Shown: piece by piece, positions 1 to 12,480 of the stretch
Numbering within the stretch: position 1 is the stretch's first letter
How the letters are laid out: each line of letters opens with the position of its first letter
Assembly: GCF_036365525.1 (NCBI RefSeq)
Contig: NC_090380.1
Location: 89,606,708 to 89,670,707, forward strand
Length of the DNA: 64,000 nt
Source: Heterodontus francisci
Lineage: Eukaryota
Reading direction: 5' to 3'
Translations under genes and position numbers: made by a program
The notes under the pieces: model-generated
Database searches by the model: none
What the model saw: the letters and a program-made list of their open reading frames with translations, nothing else
What the model was told of the DNA's origin: nothing

Positions 1-575
1 ATGACCCCCAGGTACGATAGCTGACATTTAGGACCTTCATGTCACACTTGCAAGCATCCTTGAAACGGAGCTTTGGGCACCCCACTAGTCATCTGGCCCC
101 AACTACCTCACCATACAGTAATCCTTGGGTATGCAACCGTCTTCCATCCTGTGGATGCGTCCTATCTACCAAAGCTGCCTCTTTGATTAGTGCCAACACA
201 CTTTGGAGCTCAGCCTTTGAGAGGACTGCCACATTTATGATTTTGTCCTGCCATGATATACCCATAATGCGCCGCAGATAGCAAAGATGGAAATTATTGA
301 GCTTCTTTTCCTGGTAGTCTTTGGTTGCCCACTTTTACAGCCATACAGCAAGATGATGAGAACAGAGGTCTTATAAACCATCAGCTTAGTCCCAAGGGTC
401 AGCTTGGTGTTATCCCATGCGCGTTTCGTGAGTCGGCCAAAGGTGGTAGCTGCTTTTCCTACACGTGTACCGGGCTCTGCATCAACAGACAGACTGTCTG
501 TCACTGTGGACCCAAGGTAGCAGAATTTGCTCATCACTTCCAGTGGGGTATTATTTAGTGTGATAAGGTTAATAT
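1..575 (-). mobile_element. RTE-clade LINE fragment (RT C-terminal region, decayed)
   Basis: ORF 235..588(-) reads FCYLGSTVTDSLSVDAE..VGKAATTFGRLTKRAWDNTKLTLGTKLMVYKTSVLIILLYG, typical of the RTE post-RT region; frameshifted. Confidence 0.85.
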
Positions 576-627
576 CTACCATGTACACAAGTTTAGAACA
601 GTCACCAGAGTCATTTAACTCTTAAGG

Positions 628-3400
628 ACATAACAGGAACAGGAATAGTCTACACGGCCCTTTGAGCCTGCTCTGCTATTCAATACAAACATGGCTGATC
701 TTCTGTCTCAACTCCACTTTCCTGCCCATTCCCCGTATTTTTACATTGCCTGAGAGACTAAATACCCTGTCTATCTCAGCCTTAAATATACTCAATGATA
801 GAACATCCGCAACCGTCTGAGGCAGTAGACAATTCCAAAGATTCACAACACTTTGAGTGAAGCAATTTCTCCTCAACTCAGTCATAAAATATCAACCTCT
901 TATCCTGAGGCTGTGCCCAGTGTTCTAGATTTCCCAGTCGGGTGGGGGAACATCCTCTCAGAGTCTACCCTGTCAAGCCCCTTCCAAATCTTGTATATTT
1001 CAATGAGCTCACCTCTCATTCTTCTAAACTCCAGAGAGTATAGGCCCAATTTACTCAGCCTCTCATCCCAGGCACCAACGCTCACATTCCAGGACCCAAT
1101 CTAGTGAACCTTCACCTCTGATGCAAATGTATCCTTGCTTAAATATGGAGGCCAAATCTGCACAGAGTACACCAGCTGTGATCTCAGCAAAGCCCTATGC
1201 AATTGTCGCAAGACTTCCTTGTTCTTGCACACCAGTTGCCTTGCAATAAAGGTCAACATGCTATTTGCTCCCTTAATTGCTTGCTGGACCAGCATGCTAA
1301 CTTTGTGTCTTCCTTGTACAAGTACACTATTATGACGGTCCTTGTACTTTTTTGTCAGGTTTTTTTTGAGAACTCATGTATTTTAGAATTATGGACACGG
1401 TTTTATTTGGGAAAACTGAAAAAGATTCCATGGATATTTTTTTCACTGGGGTCATTGAAAAGAGGTCATCGGAAGGTCTTTTGGACATGGTCTCTAAACA
1501 ACCTTTACTGGATGTCACCTGTCTTCAGATAAATACCCAGCAGGTGCTTTTTGAGTTGGGAGAGATGTTTACAGAGAAGTGATAGGTCAACATTTATAGG
1601 GGTCAGGAGGCTTGACTCTTGAGATATTGTTTTTGATTTTACTTTGGACAGTCAGTTGGGGTTTGGACAGGGTTTTGAAAGGACTCTTAAATCAACCTGC
1701 CAAGGACAAAACCCCAGCTCAGCCTGTTCCATCTCTTTGAAAAGCCTGCCAGTTTTTCCATCTCTTTGAGAAGCTCTTAGAAGTGAATACAAGAAATAGA
1801 GAAATTAATGCTGCATTCCTCCTGAAAAGGTCTGCCAGAAACCCCTGCTGCCACAGGAAAGCCTGCCAAACTGGTCTTCAACATCGCCTGAAAAGAACCC
1901 AGTGACAGCTGTCTACGGGTATTTGGGAGGCCAAACCAAAAAGGGACAACTGACATCTTTCCAGATCTTGTCTTTTGTTCTTCAATAATTAGCAAGTATT
2001 TGGCCAAAGTATTCTTTTATGTCTTTTTTTGTAACCGAGCTCTAAAGAGAAAATCTCTTTATTTTTAGGTTACCCGGTGTGCGTGTGTGTGTGAGAGGCT
2101 AAGGTAAAAAGGGAACTTTCATATTTCAATCTGTGTGTTAATGCTTTGCTTCATTACTGGTTAGGTCTGGTTTTATAATAAATTGATATTTTTTTGTTTA
2201 TTAAAGAAACCTGGGTGGTGTATTTTATTCTGAAATAAAAATAGAGTCTATGATTAACCATATCTGTAACTGGGTAAACATTTAAATATATGTTGCGACC
2301 TGTAGAAAAGAGGAACTAGGAAAAAACAGTGCATTCCTCCTGCCTCGGGTGTAACAACATCTAAGTATCTCTGAACATCAACATTTATAAGTTTCACACC
2401 TTTAAAAAAAATTCTGCTTTTCTATTCTTAATTACCAAAGTGAATAACCTCACACTTCCCTACATTATACTCTATCTTCCACCTTGTTACCCACTTATTT
2501 AACCTGTCTATATCTCTTTGCAGCCTCTTTGTGTCCTCGTCACAGCTTATAATCCCACCCAGCCTTGCATCATCAGCAAACTTGGACACATTACTCTTGG
2601 TCTCTTTGTAAATAGCTGAGGCCCCAGTACTGATCCTAGCAGCACTCCACTAGTTACTGTCTGCCAATTTGAAAATGCCCCATTTATTCCTACTGTCTGC
2701 TTCCTGTCGGTTAACGAATCCTCCATCCACACTCACATTAACACCAACTCCATGAGCCCTTCTCTTGTCCATTCAACTTTTGTGTGGCACTTTATCGAAT
2801 GCCTTTTGAAAATCCAAGTATATGACATTTACTGGTTCCCTTGTATCCACCCTACTACTTACATCTTCAAAAAGTAAATTTGTCAAACACAATTTCCCTT
2901 TTGTAAAACCATGTTGACTCTGTCTGATCATACTATGATTTTCCAAGTGCACTGTTGACTTTCTTAATAATAGATACCAGTGTTTGCCCAGCGACTGATG
3001 TTAGGCTAACTGGCCTTTCGATCCCGTTTTCTCTCTCCCTCCTTTCTTGAACAGCAGTGTTGCATTTGCTAGCTTCCAGTCTGCTGGAACCGTTCTAGTA
3101 AGCCACAGAGGGATCTTTCTTGCTGAGTTTTTGTTTTTTTAAATGGAATATTTTTTGAACATTTTGAATGGTTTCCCCACAGGTTATTTACTTCCATACC
3201 TTTTAGTTTATTTACCCAATAAACCTCAACCAGGTCTCCCCTCATACCTATGTAATTGGCTTTAAGTTTAAGGTTCTTGTCTTGGACTTGAGTATGTCGC
3301 TCTCAAACGTAATATGGAATTCAATTGTGTTATGACCATTTTTCCCAGAGGATCTTTTACTGAGAGATTACAAATTAATTCTTCCTCATTACACAACACT
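628..3400 (-). mobile_element. CR1 LINE (5'-truncated, decayed), interrupted by a solo LTR at 1328-2356
   Basis: Minus-strand ORFs LGLYSLEFRRMRGELIEIYKI, FTQSVVNLWNCL and VTSGVLLGSVLGPQLF are CR1 ORF2 motifs; CR1 3' end near 630-680. Confidence 0.85.
1328..2356 (+). mobile_element. Solo LTR (~1.03 kb, Gypsy-like) inserted in CR1
   Basis: Starts TATTA (decayed TGTTA) and ends TAACA; flanked by ACAC/ACAT near-TSD; CR1 sequence resumes across the insert; internal AATAAA near 2176 and 2234. Confidence 0.65.
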
Positions 3401-3439
3401 GGCCGGGACTGTCCATGATCAACTCATCCAACTGCGATC

Positions 3440-4112
3440 AGGGCACAGTAGCCTTGTAGTAATGTTACTGGACTAATAATCCTGTGGCCTAGACTAACGC
3501 TGCAGACACGCGAGTTCATAATCCCACCACTGCAGCTGGGGCGGGGGGGGGGGGGGATTTAAATTCAATTAATAAATAAATCTGGAATAAAATGCTAGTC
3601 TTATTAATAGTGATCCTAACAACACTGGATTGTTGTAAAACAAAAGCAAAATACTGTGGATGCTGGAAATCTGAAATAAAAACAGAAAGTGCTGGTAATA
3701 CTCAGCCGGTCTGGCACAGCATCTGTGGAGAAACAGAGTTAACGTTTCAGGTTGATGACCTTGCATCAGAACATTAACTCTGCCTCTCCCTCCACAGATG
3801 CTGACAGACCTGCTGAGGATTACTAACGTCCTTCAGCAGAAGAAATCTGCCATCCTTACCTGATCTGATCTACATGTGACTCCAGATCCACAGCAATGCA
3901 GTTGACTCTTAACTGCCTTTTGAAATGTCATAGCAAGCCACCCAGTTGCATCAAGCTGCTATAGAAAAAAAAGCACTTTGGGTGCACCTACAGCGCATAT
4001 ACTGCAGGAGTTCAAGAAGGCAGCTCACCACCACCTTCTCAAGGGTAATTAGGGATGAACAATAAATGTTGGCCTTGCCTGCAATGTTCACATCCCAAGA
4101 ATGAATGAAAAA
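3440..4112 (+). mobile_element. tRNA-derived SINE with CR1-like tail, carrying a nested Penelope-derived hairpin (3640-3820)
   Basis: tRNA-like head near 3440-3530; tail TTCAAGAAGGCAGCTCACCACCACCTTCTCAAGGG is shared with the LINE at 58143-59050. Confidence 0.6.
3640..3820. mobile_element. Penelope-like terminal inverted-repeat fragment with degenerate minimal hammerhead motif
   Basis: CAGCATCTGTGGAG..AGAGTTAAC followed by its reverse complement TTAACTCTG..CTCCACAGATGCTG; related units at 11712, 13425, 50047 and 63712. Confidence 0.65.
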
Positions 4113-4199
4113 ATTCCCAACTTTAGCACTCAGTTCCTAAATCATTCTGTACTTTACACTCTAGGCAGCAGCAGTGTCTACTTCATGGACAGCTTATGA

Positions 4200-6730
4200 C
4201 CCATCGTCATTGGCTGCCCCATGATTCGAGGAGGACATCTACTCAGGGTCACAAGTTACTACCATGGATCTTAATGTGACTGAACAGGCCAATTCTTGGC
4301 CCGCAGATCTTTGGGCACATTGGGCAGGACATCCCACATGGTAGTGGGATCCAAGTGCAGGACTTGCTTCTTTTTCTTTCCTTCTCTGCCTCATCATTTA
4401 GGCTCAAAGCATGATGCAGATTGATGGACAAGTTGTCGCCATTTTGAACAATTGGTAGCATGCTCCTTCCAGTCATCAATGTCACACTTCAGAGAGTTTC
4501 AGAGTGACTTTGAAGCGTTTTCTTTGTTCCCGTCCCCAGAACGCTGGCCATTTGAGAGTTGAGAAAACAGGACCTGGCGGTGGAGATGGTTTTTGGCCAT
4601 CAGGACACAGAATCCAGTCCATCAAAGTTGATTTTGCAGGATTTTTGCCTGAATGTTTGTGTAGTTGGCTTCAAGAACATTTGCACTCTCTTCACTTCTC
4701 TTATGCAGTCCGTCGAGAATGAGGATAACTTTCTTCCAATCCAGGGTTGTGGGTCCTTAGGTGACTGAATAAGTCCAATTCTGATTCCGCACACTCTGCC
4801 ACAGGTGGGGCATGTGGTGTTTGGTGAGGCAAGTGAATGGGATGCTCAAAATTCCAAACGCTCCTTCCACTGTTTGCATGTGGTCGTTGCCTGGGCATGT
4901 CTACGTTGTTCGAACTGGCTAGCACCTTCGCGGATGCTTCTTCTCTATTTTGGGCGATCTCAGCCAAGAGATTCCCACAAATCAGTAGAGATGTCACATT
5001 GTTTCAGGAAGGCTTTAAGGACATCCTTGTACTGTTTCCTCTGCCCTCCTGGTATCTTCTTGCTGTGACAGAGCTCAGAGTAGAAAGTTTGTTTTGGGAG
5101 TCTTGGGTCAAGCATCTGGACGATGTGGCCCGCACAGCGTAACTGACTAGCCATGAACAGTGTCTCAATGTTGGGGATGTGGTCCTGAGAGAGGACACTG
5201 ATATTGGAGCGCCTGTCCTGCCACTGAATTTGCAGGACCTTGCAGAGGCACCACTGGTAATATCTCTCCAAGGGCTTTGAAATGTCTGCTGTACAGTGTC
5301 CATGTTTCCGACACGTACAGGAGGGCAGGTAACTCTGTGGCCCTGTAGACCATGAGCTTGGCACCAGGTTTGAGGTATTTGTCGTCAAACACTCTTTTCC
5401 TCAGACGACCGAAGGCTGCATTGGCACAGTGGAGGCGATGCTGAGTTTCATAGTCGATATCTGCCCTTGCTCAGAGGAGGCTTCCAAGTATTGGGAAGTG
5501 ATCCACATTGTTCAATGGTTCGCCATGGATCTTGATAGTCAGGGGGCAGTGTTGCACTGTGGGAGCAGGCTGGTAGAGGCCCTTTGTCTTCCGGATGTTT
5601 TGCTTAAGGCCCATTCTTTCATACGCCTCCGTGAATGCATCAACGAGGGTTTGAAGCTCGGCCTCTCAGTGTGCACATACACAAGCATCGTCCGTGTACT
5701 GCAGCTTGATGACAGAGATTGGTTCTGGACTGGAGGTGATGTAGGTTGAATAGTTTGCCACTCATCCTGTAGAGTACATCTACTCCGATTTCAGGGAAAT
5801 CAGGTGGAGTGTTGCGGCAAGGAAGATGGAAAAGAGCGTTGGTGCAATGACACAGCCTTGCTTGACCCCGGTTTGCACTCACACTGGGTCAGTGGCAGAT
5901 CCGTTGACAAGGATTACAGCTTGCATGTCATGTCACAGGTGGAGGATGATGACGAATTTCTCCAAATCTGAGGAGGATGTTCCATAATCCCTCCCAGTTG
6001 ATAGAATCGAAGGCATTTGAGGTCAAAGAAGGCCATGTTTAAAGATTGCTGCTGCTCCCTACATTTTTCTTGGAGTTGTCTTGCTGTGAAGATCATGTCC
6101 ACTGTGTCTCTTGATAGACAAAATCCACATTTGTGATTCCGGTAGGAGCTCTTCAGGCACAGGGAGGAGGCGGTTGAGAAGGACTCTTACGATGATCTTC
6201 CCTGTGGTGGACAGCAAGGATACCCCTCTGTAGCTGCCATAGTCGGTCTTGTCGCCTTTTTTGAAGATGGTCACACTTACGGCACCTCAGAGATTCCCTG
6301 GCATGCTCTCCTCCTTCCAGCTGAGGGAGATGAGACCATGTATTTGTGTCACGAGTGCCTCTCTGCCATATTTTAGAATTTTAGTGGGAATCCCATCTAC
6401 GCCGGCAGCCATATTGTTTTTTTAGCTGTCGGATGGCCTTTTTAATCACGTCAGGCTGGGGTTGTGCTGAGGTCGTGGCGGGTAGCAAGCTGTGGAATGT
6501 GGTCGAGGGCGCTCACATTAAGGACTGAGTCGCGATTGAGAAGATCTTCAAAGTGCTCCTTCCAATGAGTCCTGATTGCCTCTTTGTCCTTGATCAGCAT
6601 TGCTCCAAAACTTTGCTCTCAGTGGGGTAGGTCCTTGGGTACTTGGGCCGTAAATGGTCTTGACTGCGCTAAAGAATGCACACATGTCATGGCTGTCAGC
6701 AAGTTGCTGTACTTCCTCGTCCAGCCCACC
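4200..6730 (-). mobile_element. RTE-clade LINE: two 3' ends (4200-4560 and 4700-6730), decayed
   Basis: Minus-strand ORFs IFKKGDKTDYGSYRGVSLLSTTGK, DMIFTARQLQEKCREQQ, RLPKQTFYSEL; C-terminal zinc-finger-like CPMCPKICGPRIGLFSHIKIH, with a second LFSHLRTH end. Confidence 0.85.
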
Positions 6731-7763
6731 AGCTGTTACTTACAACTGCTGTCAACTTCTAGGTATGGTAATTAATACCTATTCAGGCAATTCTGCTGAT
6801 TGGCAGTTAACTGCCACTGAGAGGCAGTTCCTGTGAACTTGGTATCTGAAATTGCTTGCAGGTTCTTGTACAGTTTTGAAGTTTTGAGTCATATTCTAAA
6901 TATTAATCTAAATTTCAGCTTGAGAAATACTAGAGATTGTATGTGAACAACAAATTCAAAAATAAATTGAATTTTAATTTATTTAAACCAGATCTGCCAC
7001 TATTGTAATACTGGAACAAAATGAACGTGTGTGGAAAGAAACTATACTTGGATTAGCCATTCTCATGTCATCTGCAACTTTCGGGGTCTACTACAAATTA
7101 CTTAAATTATTTTCCCAGCCCAAAATTATGAAGAACAAATACACAACCAGCCAAAACCTTCACAATTCCTTCTTTGCTACTATGGGAGGGATTGACAAGT
7201 ACTGCTGGGCGGGTTGCTCTCCAGTTATCAGAGTCACAGGTCGGGGAGGCAGTCTACTCCACTTTATCCCAGTCACCATTGGTCCGTTCAAAAAGACACC
7301 TCCTCGCACATATTGTTTAATAGTGCAATACCCAGAGCAGTTGCTGGTAGGTATTGTTAACCAGTATCACTGAGGCCCGGTGCATATACACACACAAAAT
7401 CCATAAACCATCAGATTAAGAGGGGCAAGAAATAATTTCCACAGGATGCAAAAAAAATTTTTGAAATTATGTATCTGAACACGGAAATTGCACAAAGGAG
7501 TAAACTGCTTCCCAAACGAACAAAAAAGTTTTGCAATATGTATTTCGATACATCACTTGAGAATTTTTTTTAAACCCCAGGCAAATGCCCCCCTCGCCGG
7601 CCACATGCGGCACACACTCAAGGGCCAATCATCTAACACTTAAACCCGGGGAGAAGGGTTCAACATAAACCCCTGGGAGTCAGGAGGGTAGTTGCCAAGC
7701 CTGTTGCCCCGACATCAGCGATTTAAGAGTGAGATTCCCTACCCATCGCCCAATTCCCAGTAC

Positions 7764-7941
7764 CTGAGTTCCAGTCCCGGTCCTGTTGCTGCTCCTCCTC
7801 CTCATCCGCTCCAGGCAACGCGGCACCGACACTGAGCCCGGGAGCACATTCCACACAAAGCGCCCTGCCACCACCTCCAACTTTATAAATCGGGAACAGG
7901 AGCAAAGAGGTCAGCAGTAAGTCTCGGGGTCGCGCAGGCAT
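7764..7941 (-). CDS. Probable first coding exon of an unidentified minus-strand gene, signal-peptide-like
   Basis: ATG at 7941 gives MPARPRDLLLTSLLLFPIYKVGGGGRALCVECAPGLSVGAALPGADEEEEQQQDRDWNS, then CAG|GTACTG donor (178 nt, phase 1); CpG-rich, repeat-free context. No further exons were identified in 1-7763. Confidence 0.5.
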
Positions 7942-7989
7942 CACCCTGTGACTGATTGATTTTTCTTTTAAAAATTTATTCCAAGTCTC

Positions 7990-8110
7990 ACCTCCCCTCG
8001 CTCCTATATATACTGAAACTGCTGCGCAGAAGATGAAACTACATATTTCCAAGGGAACCAGAGGACGCAGGAAGTGAGCAGCCAGCAGAAGGAGTTCTGT
8101 CCTGACCCCA
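7990..8110 (-). promoter_or_regulatory. Candidate promoter/5' region of the minus-strand gene
   Basis: TATATATAG on the minus strand near 8004-8012 and an ETS-like CAGGAAGTG near 8068-8076, upstream of the ATG at 7941. Confidence 0.3.
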
Positions 8111-8589
8111 GTGCACATAGCAGTATCCAAAACCAGCAAAAACCGTCAGCTCCCGTCTCATTCAAAAAGAAACACCTCCAGCACTGACTTGTCAAATGTA
8201 GCAGCATTGCAAGTGCAGTGGGTCCTATTAAGTTGCAGGCATATAACGACCCATCATAATCATAGTAGCAGAGATATTCCCCCCATATTTCTGGTGGAAA
8301 GTTGCAGATATATACTTGTTCTCCTGTTACAGCTCATTGTTAAATTATCACAGGTGCAGGATCACTCCTGTTACTTCTCCCTGGTTTATGTTGCCTCTCT
8401 TCTACCCCTCCTCCCCCAGACTAGAACTCTTCTCCCCATCCATCCAGGTGACATTGTTTTGACTCTCCCCATTCTATCAGTCCCCTCCCCCTACCCTCGT
8501 CCACTTTTCCTGTAATGGCTACATAAAAACAGCCTTTTGTTTTGATTCCTTATATGTAATGCCATGCGAGAGCCACTAATAGTTACCTT

Positions 8590-9280
8590 AGAATTTAGGA
8601 ACAGGAATAGGCCATTCAGCTCCTTCAGCCTGCTCTACCATTCAATGCCATTTACCTGATTTTAATCCATATCCTTGCAAAAATAATCAAACTCAGTCTT
8701 GAAAATTTCAATTGACTCAGCATCCACAATCTTACGACAGAGTAAATTCCATATTTCCACCACACGTTGTATCAAAAAAGATCCCTGGTTTTACTCCTAA
8801 ATGGCCGTGCTCTAATTTTAAGATTATGCCCTCTAGTTCTGGATCACCCCACCAGAGCAAATGGTTTCTCTGTATCAACCTTATTGAATCCCTTAATAAT
8901 TTTAAATGCCACGATTAGATCACCCCTCAACCTTCTAACCTCAAAGGAATACAAGTTTATGCAACCTGTCCTCATAGATGTAAACACTGGTATCATTTTG
9001 GTGAATCAACACTGTCCCTCTTCTGAGGCCAATATATATTTCCTGAGGTGCAGTGCCTAAAATTGAACACAATATTCCAGATGGGGGTCTGCCAAGGCTC
9101 TGTCCAACTAAAACATCAGTTCCTCACTTGTGAATTCCAATCCTCTTGAGATGAAGACCATCATTCCAATAGCTTTTTTGATTACTTTTTATCTGTTGCA
9201 CTAAGGTTTGGTAATTTATGTACATGGACATCTAAATCCCTTATCTCCTTCACAGCTCGTAGTATCTCATCAATATTATG
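8590..9280 (-). mobile_element. Old CR1 3' fragment
   Basis: AGGAACAGGAATAGGCCATTCAGC CR1 tail and AGATCACCCCTCAACCTTCT (reverse of RRLRGDL). Confidence 0.75.
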
Positions 9281-9359
9281 CTTGATTTATTGCTTGATTT
9301 TTTGACTAGATTTTAAATGTCTCTCAAATTCAAAGGAAGAAGACGAAAATTAAATGCCA

Positions 9360-9820
9360 ACTGGGGTTCAGTTGGTAGCACTCTCTTCTCTGAGTCACAA
9401 GGTTCTGGGATAAAGTCCCACAAACTCCCACAAAAATCAAGGCTGATATTCCAGTGCAGTACTGAGGGAGTGATGCACTGACAGAGGTGCTGTCTTTAAG
9501 ATGAGATGTTAAACCAAGGCCTCATCTGCTTGCTTGGGTGGATGTAAAAAATCCCTTGGCGCTATTTTGAAGAAGAGGAGGGGAGTTATCCCTAGGGTCT
9601 TGGCCAATATTTATCCCTCAATCAACGTCACTAAAACAGATTATCTGGTCATTATCACACTGCTGTTTGTGGGAGTTTGCTGTGCACATACCGGCTGCTG
9701 CGTTTCCTACTTTACAACAGTGACTACATTTTAAAAAGGTACTTCATTGGCTGTAATGCGCTTTGAGCCATCCGGTTGAGAAAGGCACTATATAAACGTA
9801 AGTCTGTCTTTCTTTCTTTA
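9360..9820 (+). mobile_element. Deu-domain SINE (SacSINE1/AmnSINE1-like)
   Basis: tRNA-like head TCAGTTGGTAGCACTCT, core CCAGTGCAGTACTGAGGGAG, TGGCCAATATTTATCCCTCAATCAAC, tail AAAGGCACTATATAAAC. Confidence 0.8.
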
Positions 9821-10004
9821 AAAATTGTGAAACTGTTAACATCATAGAATTTCTTTTGCTTCTTTCATGTTCTTGCCACTGAATTGATGATAATAGCTAT
9901 TAATAACATACCACATCTTGAGCCTCATTTTCTACTGAAAATCACCTAATGCCAACCATAGCTCTTGTGTAATTTTAAAGGATTCAAGGAGCAATCACTG
10001 AAAC

Positions 10005-10560
10005 CAAAATAGGATCCCCTTAGTTCTCATCTTCCATCCCACCAGCCTTCCCATTCAACGGATAATTCCTTCACCATTTTCCGCCACCTCCAGCACTATG
10101 CCATCACCAAATACATCTTTGTCTCCGCTTTCAGCATTCCAAAGACCAATGATTCCACAACAACCTAGTCCACTCTCCCATCACCCCAATACACACTTCC
10201 TTGCCCATGGTACTTTCCCATGCAAGAATAGAAGATGTAACACCTGCCCTTTTACCTCCTCTTTCCCACTGTGCAAGGCTCCTTCCAAGTGAAATAGTGA
10301 TTTACTTGTACTTTAATCAACACGGTATACTGTATTCGCTGCTCACAATGGGGACTCCTCTACATAGGGGAGACCAAGTGCAAAATGGGTAATCACTTTA
10401 CTGTACACCTCTGTTTAGTCAGCTTGCATGACCCTGAGCTTCTGGCTACTTGGCATTTAAATTTCCATTCCACTCCCACTCTGACCGCCCGGTCCTTGAC
10501 CTCCTGCACTGTTTCAATGAAGCTCAAAGCAACATTGAGGAAAAGCACCGCATCTACAAG
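10005..10560 (+). mobile_element. Penelope-like element, GIY-YIG endonuclease region (decayed)
   Basis: Translates GTFPCKNRRCNTCPF, then across frameshifts YCIRCSQ..LLYIGET (zinc knuckle plus GIY-YIG signature). Confidence 0.8.
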
Positions 10561-10675
10561 TTCTAGTAGTTCACGTCTGTGAGGTATTTTACAGCCATAA
10601 TATTGAGATCAACACTTTAGATCTTAGCCACTGCTCCCATTTTCTTTCATGTAGCAGGCACTTGGTGACAAAGAA

Positions 10676-10930
10676 GGGCGGCACAGTGGTTAGCACTGCA
10701 GCCTCACAGCTCCAGCGACCCGGGTTCAATTCTGGGTACTGCCTGTGTGGAGTTTGCAAGTTCTCCCTGTGACCGCGTGGGTTTCCGCCGGGTGCTCCGG
10801 TTTCCTCCCACAGCCAAAGACTTGCAGGTTGATAGGTAAATTGGCCATTACAAACTGCCCCTAGTATAGGTAGGTGGTAGGGAAATGGACTGTCAGTGGA
10901 CTGGAGGTATGGGCTGGTGCTTGGATAGGG
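10676..10930 (+). mobile_element. HE1-type V-SINE
   Basis: GGGCGGCACAGTGGTTAGCACTGCAGCCTCACAGCTCCAGCGACCCGGGTTCAATTC head (A/B boxes) and V-domain GGGTGCTCCGGTTTCCTCCCACA. Confidence 0.9.
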
Positions 10931-11114
10931 ATCCCTTACGGGCATGGTGGTCCACACCCCTGGGGCCTACTTGCTTTTCTTCCAGCTGAACCTCTCAAAG
11001 TGCTAAAGTATCTTTCTGCATGACCAGACATTGCTAATAAATTAGCCATTGTTTGGAATCAGCACAAAACAACAGCCCATCCCAGAAGTACCATGCTTCC
11101 CTTTCCTCTACTAA

Positions 11115-11900
11115 AAGAAAGACTTGCATTCATGTAGAACCTTTTGTGACCTCGGGACATCCCAAAACGCCTTACAGCCAATGAAGTACTTTTGAACTGT
11201 TCTCCCTGTGTCTGCGTGGGTTTTCTCCGGGCGCTCCGGTTTCCTCCCACAAGCCAAAAGACTTGCAGGTTGGTACATAAATTGGCCATTACAAACTGCC
11301 CCTAGTATAGGTAGGTGGTAGGGAAATACAGGAACAGGTAGGGATGTGGTAGGAATATGGGATTAGTGTAGGATTAGTATAAATGGGTGGTTGATGGTCA
11401 GCACAGACTCGGTGGGCCGAAGGGCCTGTTTCAGTGCTGTATCTCTAAACTAAACTAAACTAATGTAGGAAACACATCAACCAATATGTGCACAGCAAGC
11501 TCCCACAAACAACAATGTGGTAATGACCAGATAATCGTTTTATTAGTAATGTTGATTAAGGTATAAATATTGGCCAGGACACCAGTGATAACTCCCCTGC
11601 TCTTTGAAATAGTTCCAGAGGATCTTTTACATCCACCTGAGAGAAATAGACAGGGCCTAGGCTTAACGTTTCATCTTAAAGACAGTACCCCCAACAGTGC
11701 AGCACTCTCTCAAATGAGACCAGAAAGTGCTGGAAATACTCAGCAGGTCTGGCAGCATCTGTGTAGAGAGAAACAGAGTTAACTTTTCACTACCTCAATA
11801 CTGGCCTACTCCCACTCCTATTTCTTATGTTCTTATACTGAACTGCAGCGTCAGCCTAGATTTTTGTGATCGAGTCTCTGGTGTGCGACTTGAACTCACG
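11115..11900 (-). mobile_element. Deu-SINE interrupted by an HE1 fragment (11198-11461), a Penelope-derived piece (11712-11785) and a CR1 tail (11803-11832)
   Basis: Reverse complement of the 9360-9820 element, in collinear pieces separated by recognisable inserts. Confidence 0.75.
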
Positions 11901-12239
11901 ATTTCTACTGCTGTTTTTATAGCTTCTCTGAACCCATCTTTTCTTTATTTGGCCCATTATCACCTTCTTTTGCCTTGTACCATCATCCCTTTTGTCATTT
12001 AATCACTCCTACTCTCCATCCTACAGTTTTCGTTCTTTCGCACTCCCTAATTCTGACTCAGCAATCGTTTAAAAGCTGATATAAGCAAAAGTTTCTCTGA
12101 ATTTGCCCCTCTAGTGCGAATCCATTCAGTCAAACGGATGTCTGTCCTGCTTTATTCTTGCTAAATTCCTGAAAAGTCACGAGCACCTTTGACAGTGTCT
12201 GCCCTGTATAATTAATTAATTAATCAGCAATTTTCGAAG

Positions 12240-12480
12240 TGTAGGTGTATCTTTCGCACAAGCTGATTACAAAGTCTTCTTAGTATATTGGCAAGTGGTG
12301 AATTTGGAGTTCCGGTTAAAAGGACTGACGAGTATCCAATAGAAAGAGCTTAGGGGATGTGTGCGGCGACGGTATTGGGTGAAATTGACGAAGCCCCGCC
12401 CGCGCGGCAATTTCCATTTTGTTACATTGCAGCCAGAGGACGGAAAGGTTTTAGTGAATCTACCGCGAAGTCAGTCATTT
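12240..12480 (+). promoter_or_regulatory. CpG-rich promoter of the Cut8-like gene
   Basis: ATTGG 12287, CCAAT 12336, ATTGG 12374, GC box CCCCGCCC ~12394, E2F-like CGCGCGGCAA ~12401; non-repetitive sequence. Confidence 0.55.

Noticed and set aside
6744-6830. Possible second exon of the minus-strand gene (CACAG acceptor, GTAAGT donor)
   Set aside because: Contains a TAA stop in the phase-1 frame required by exon 7764-7941
7029-7373. 114-aa plus-strand ORF in unique sequence
   Set aside because: GTG start, no splice support and no recognisable motif
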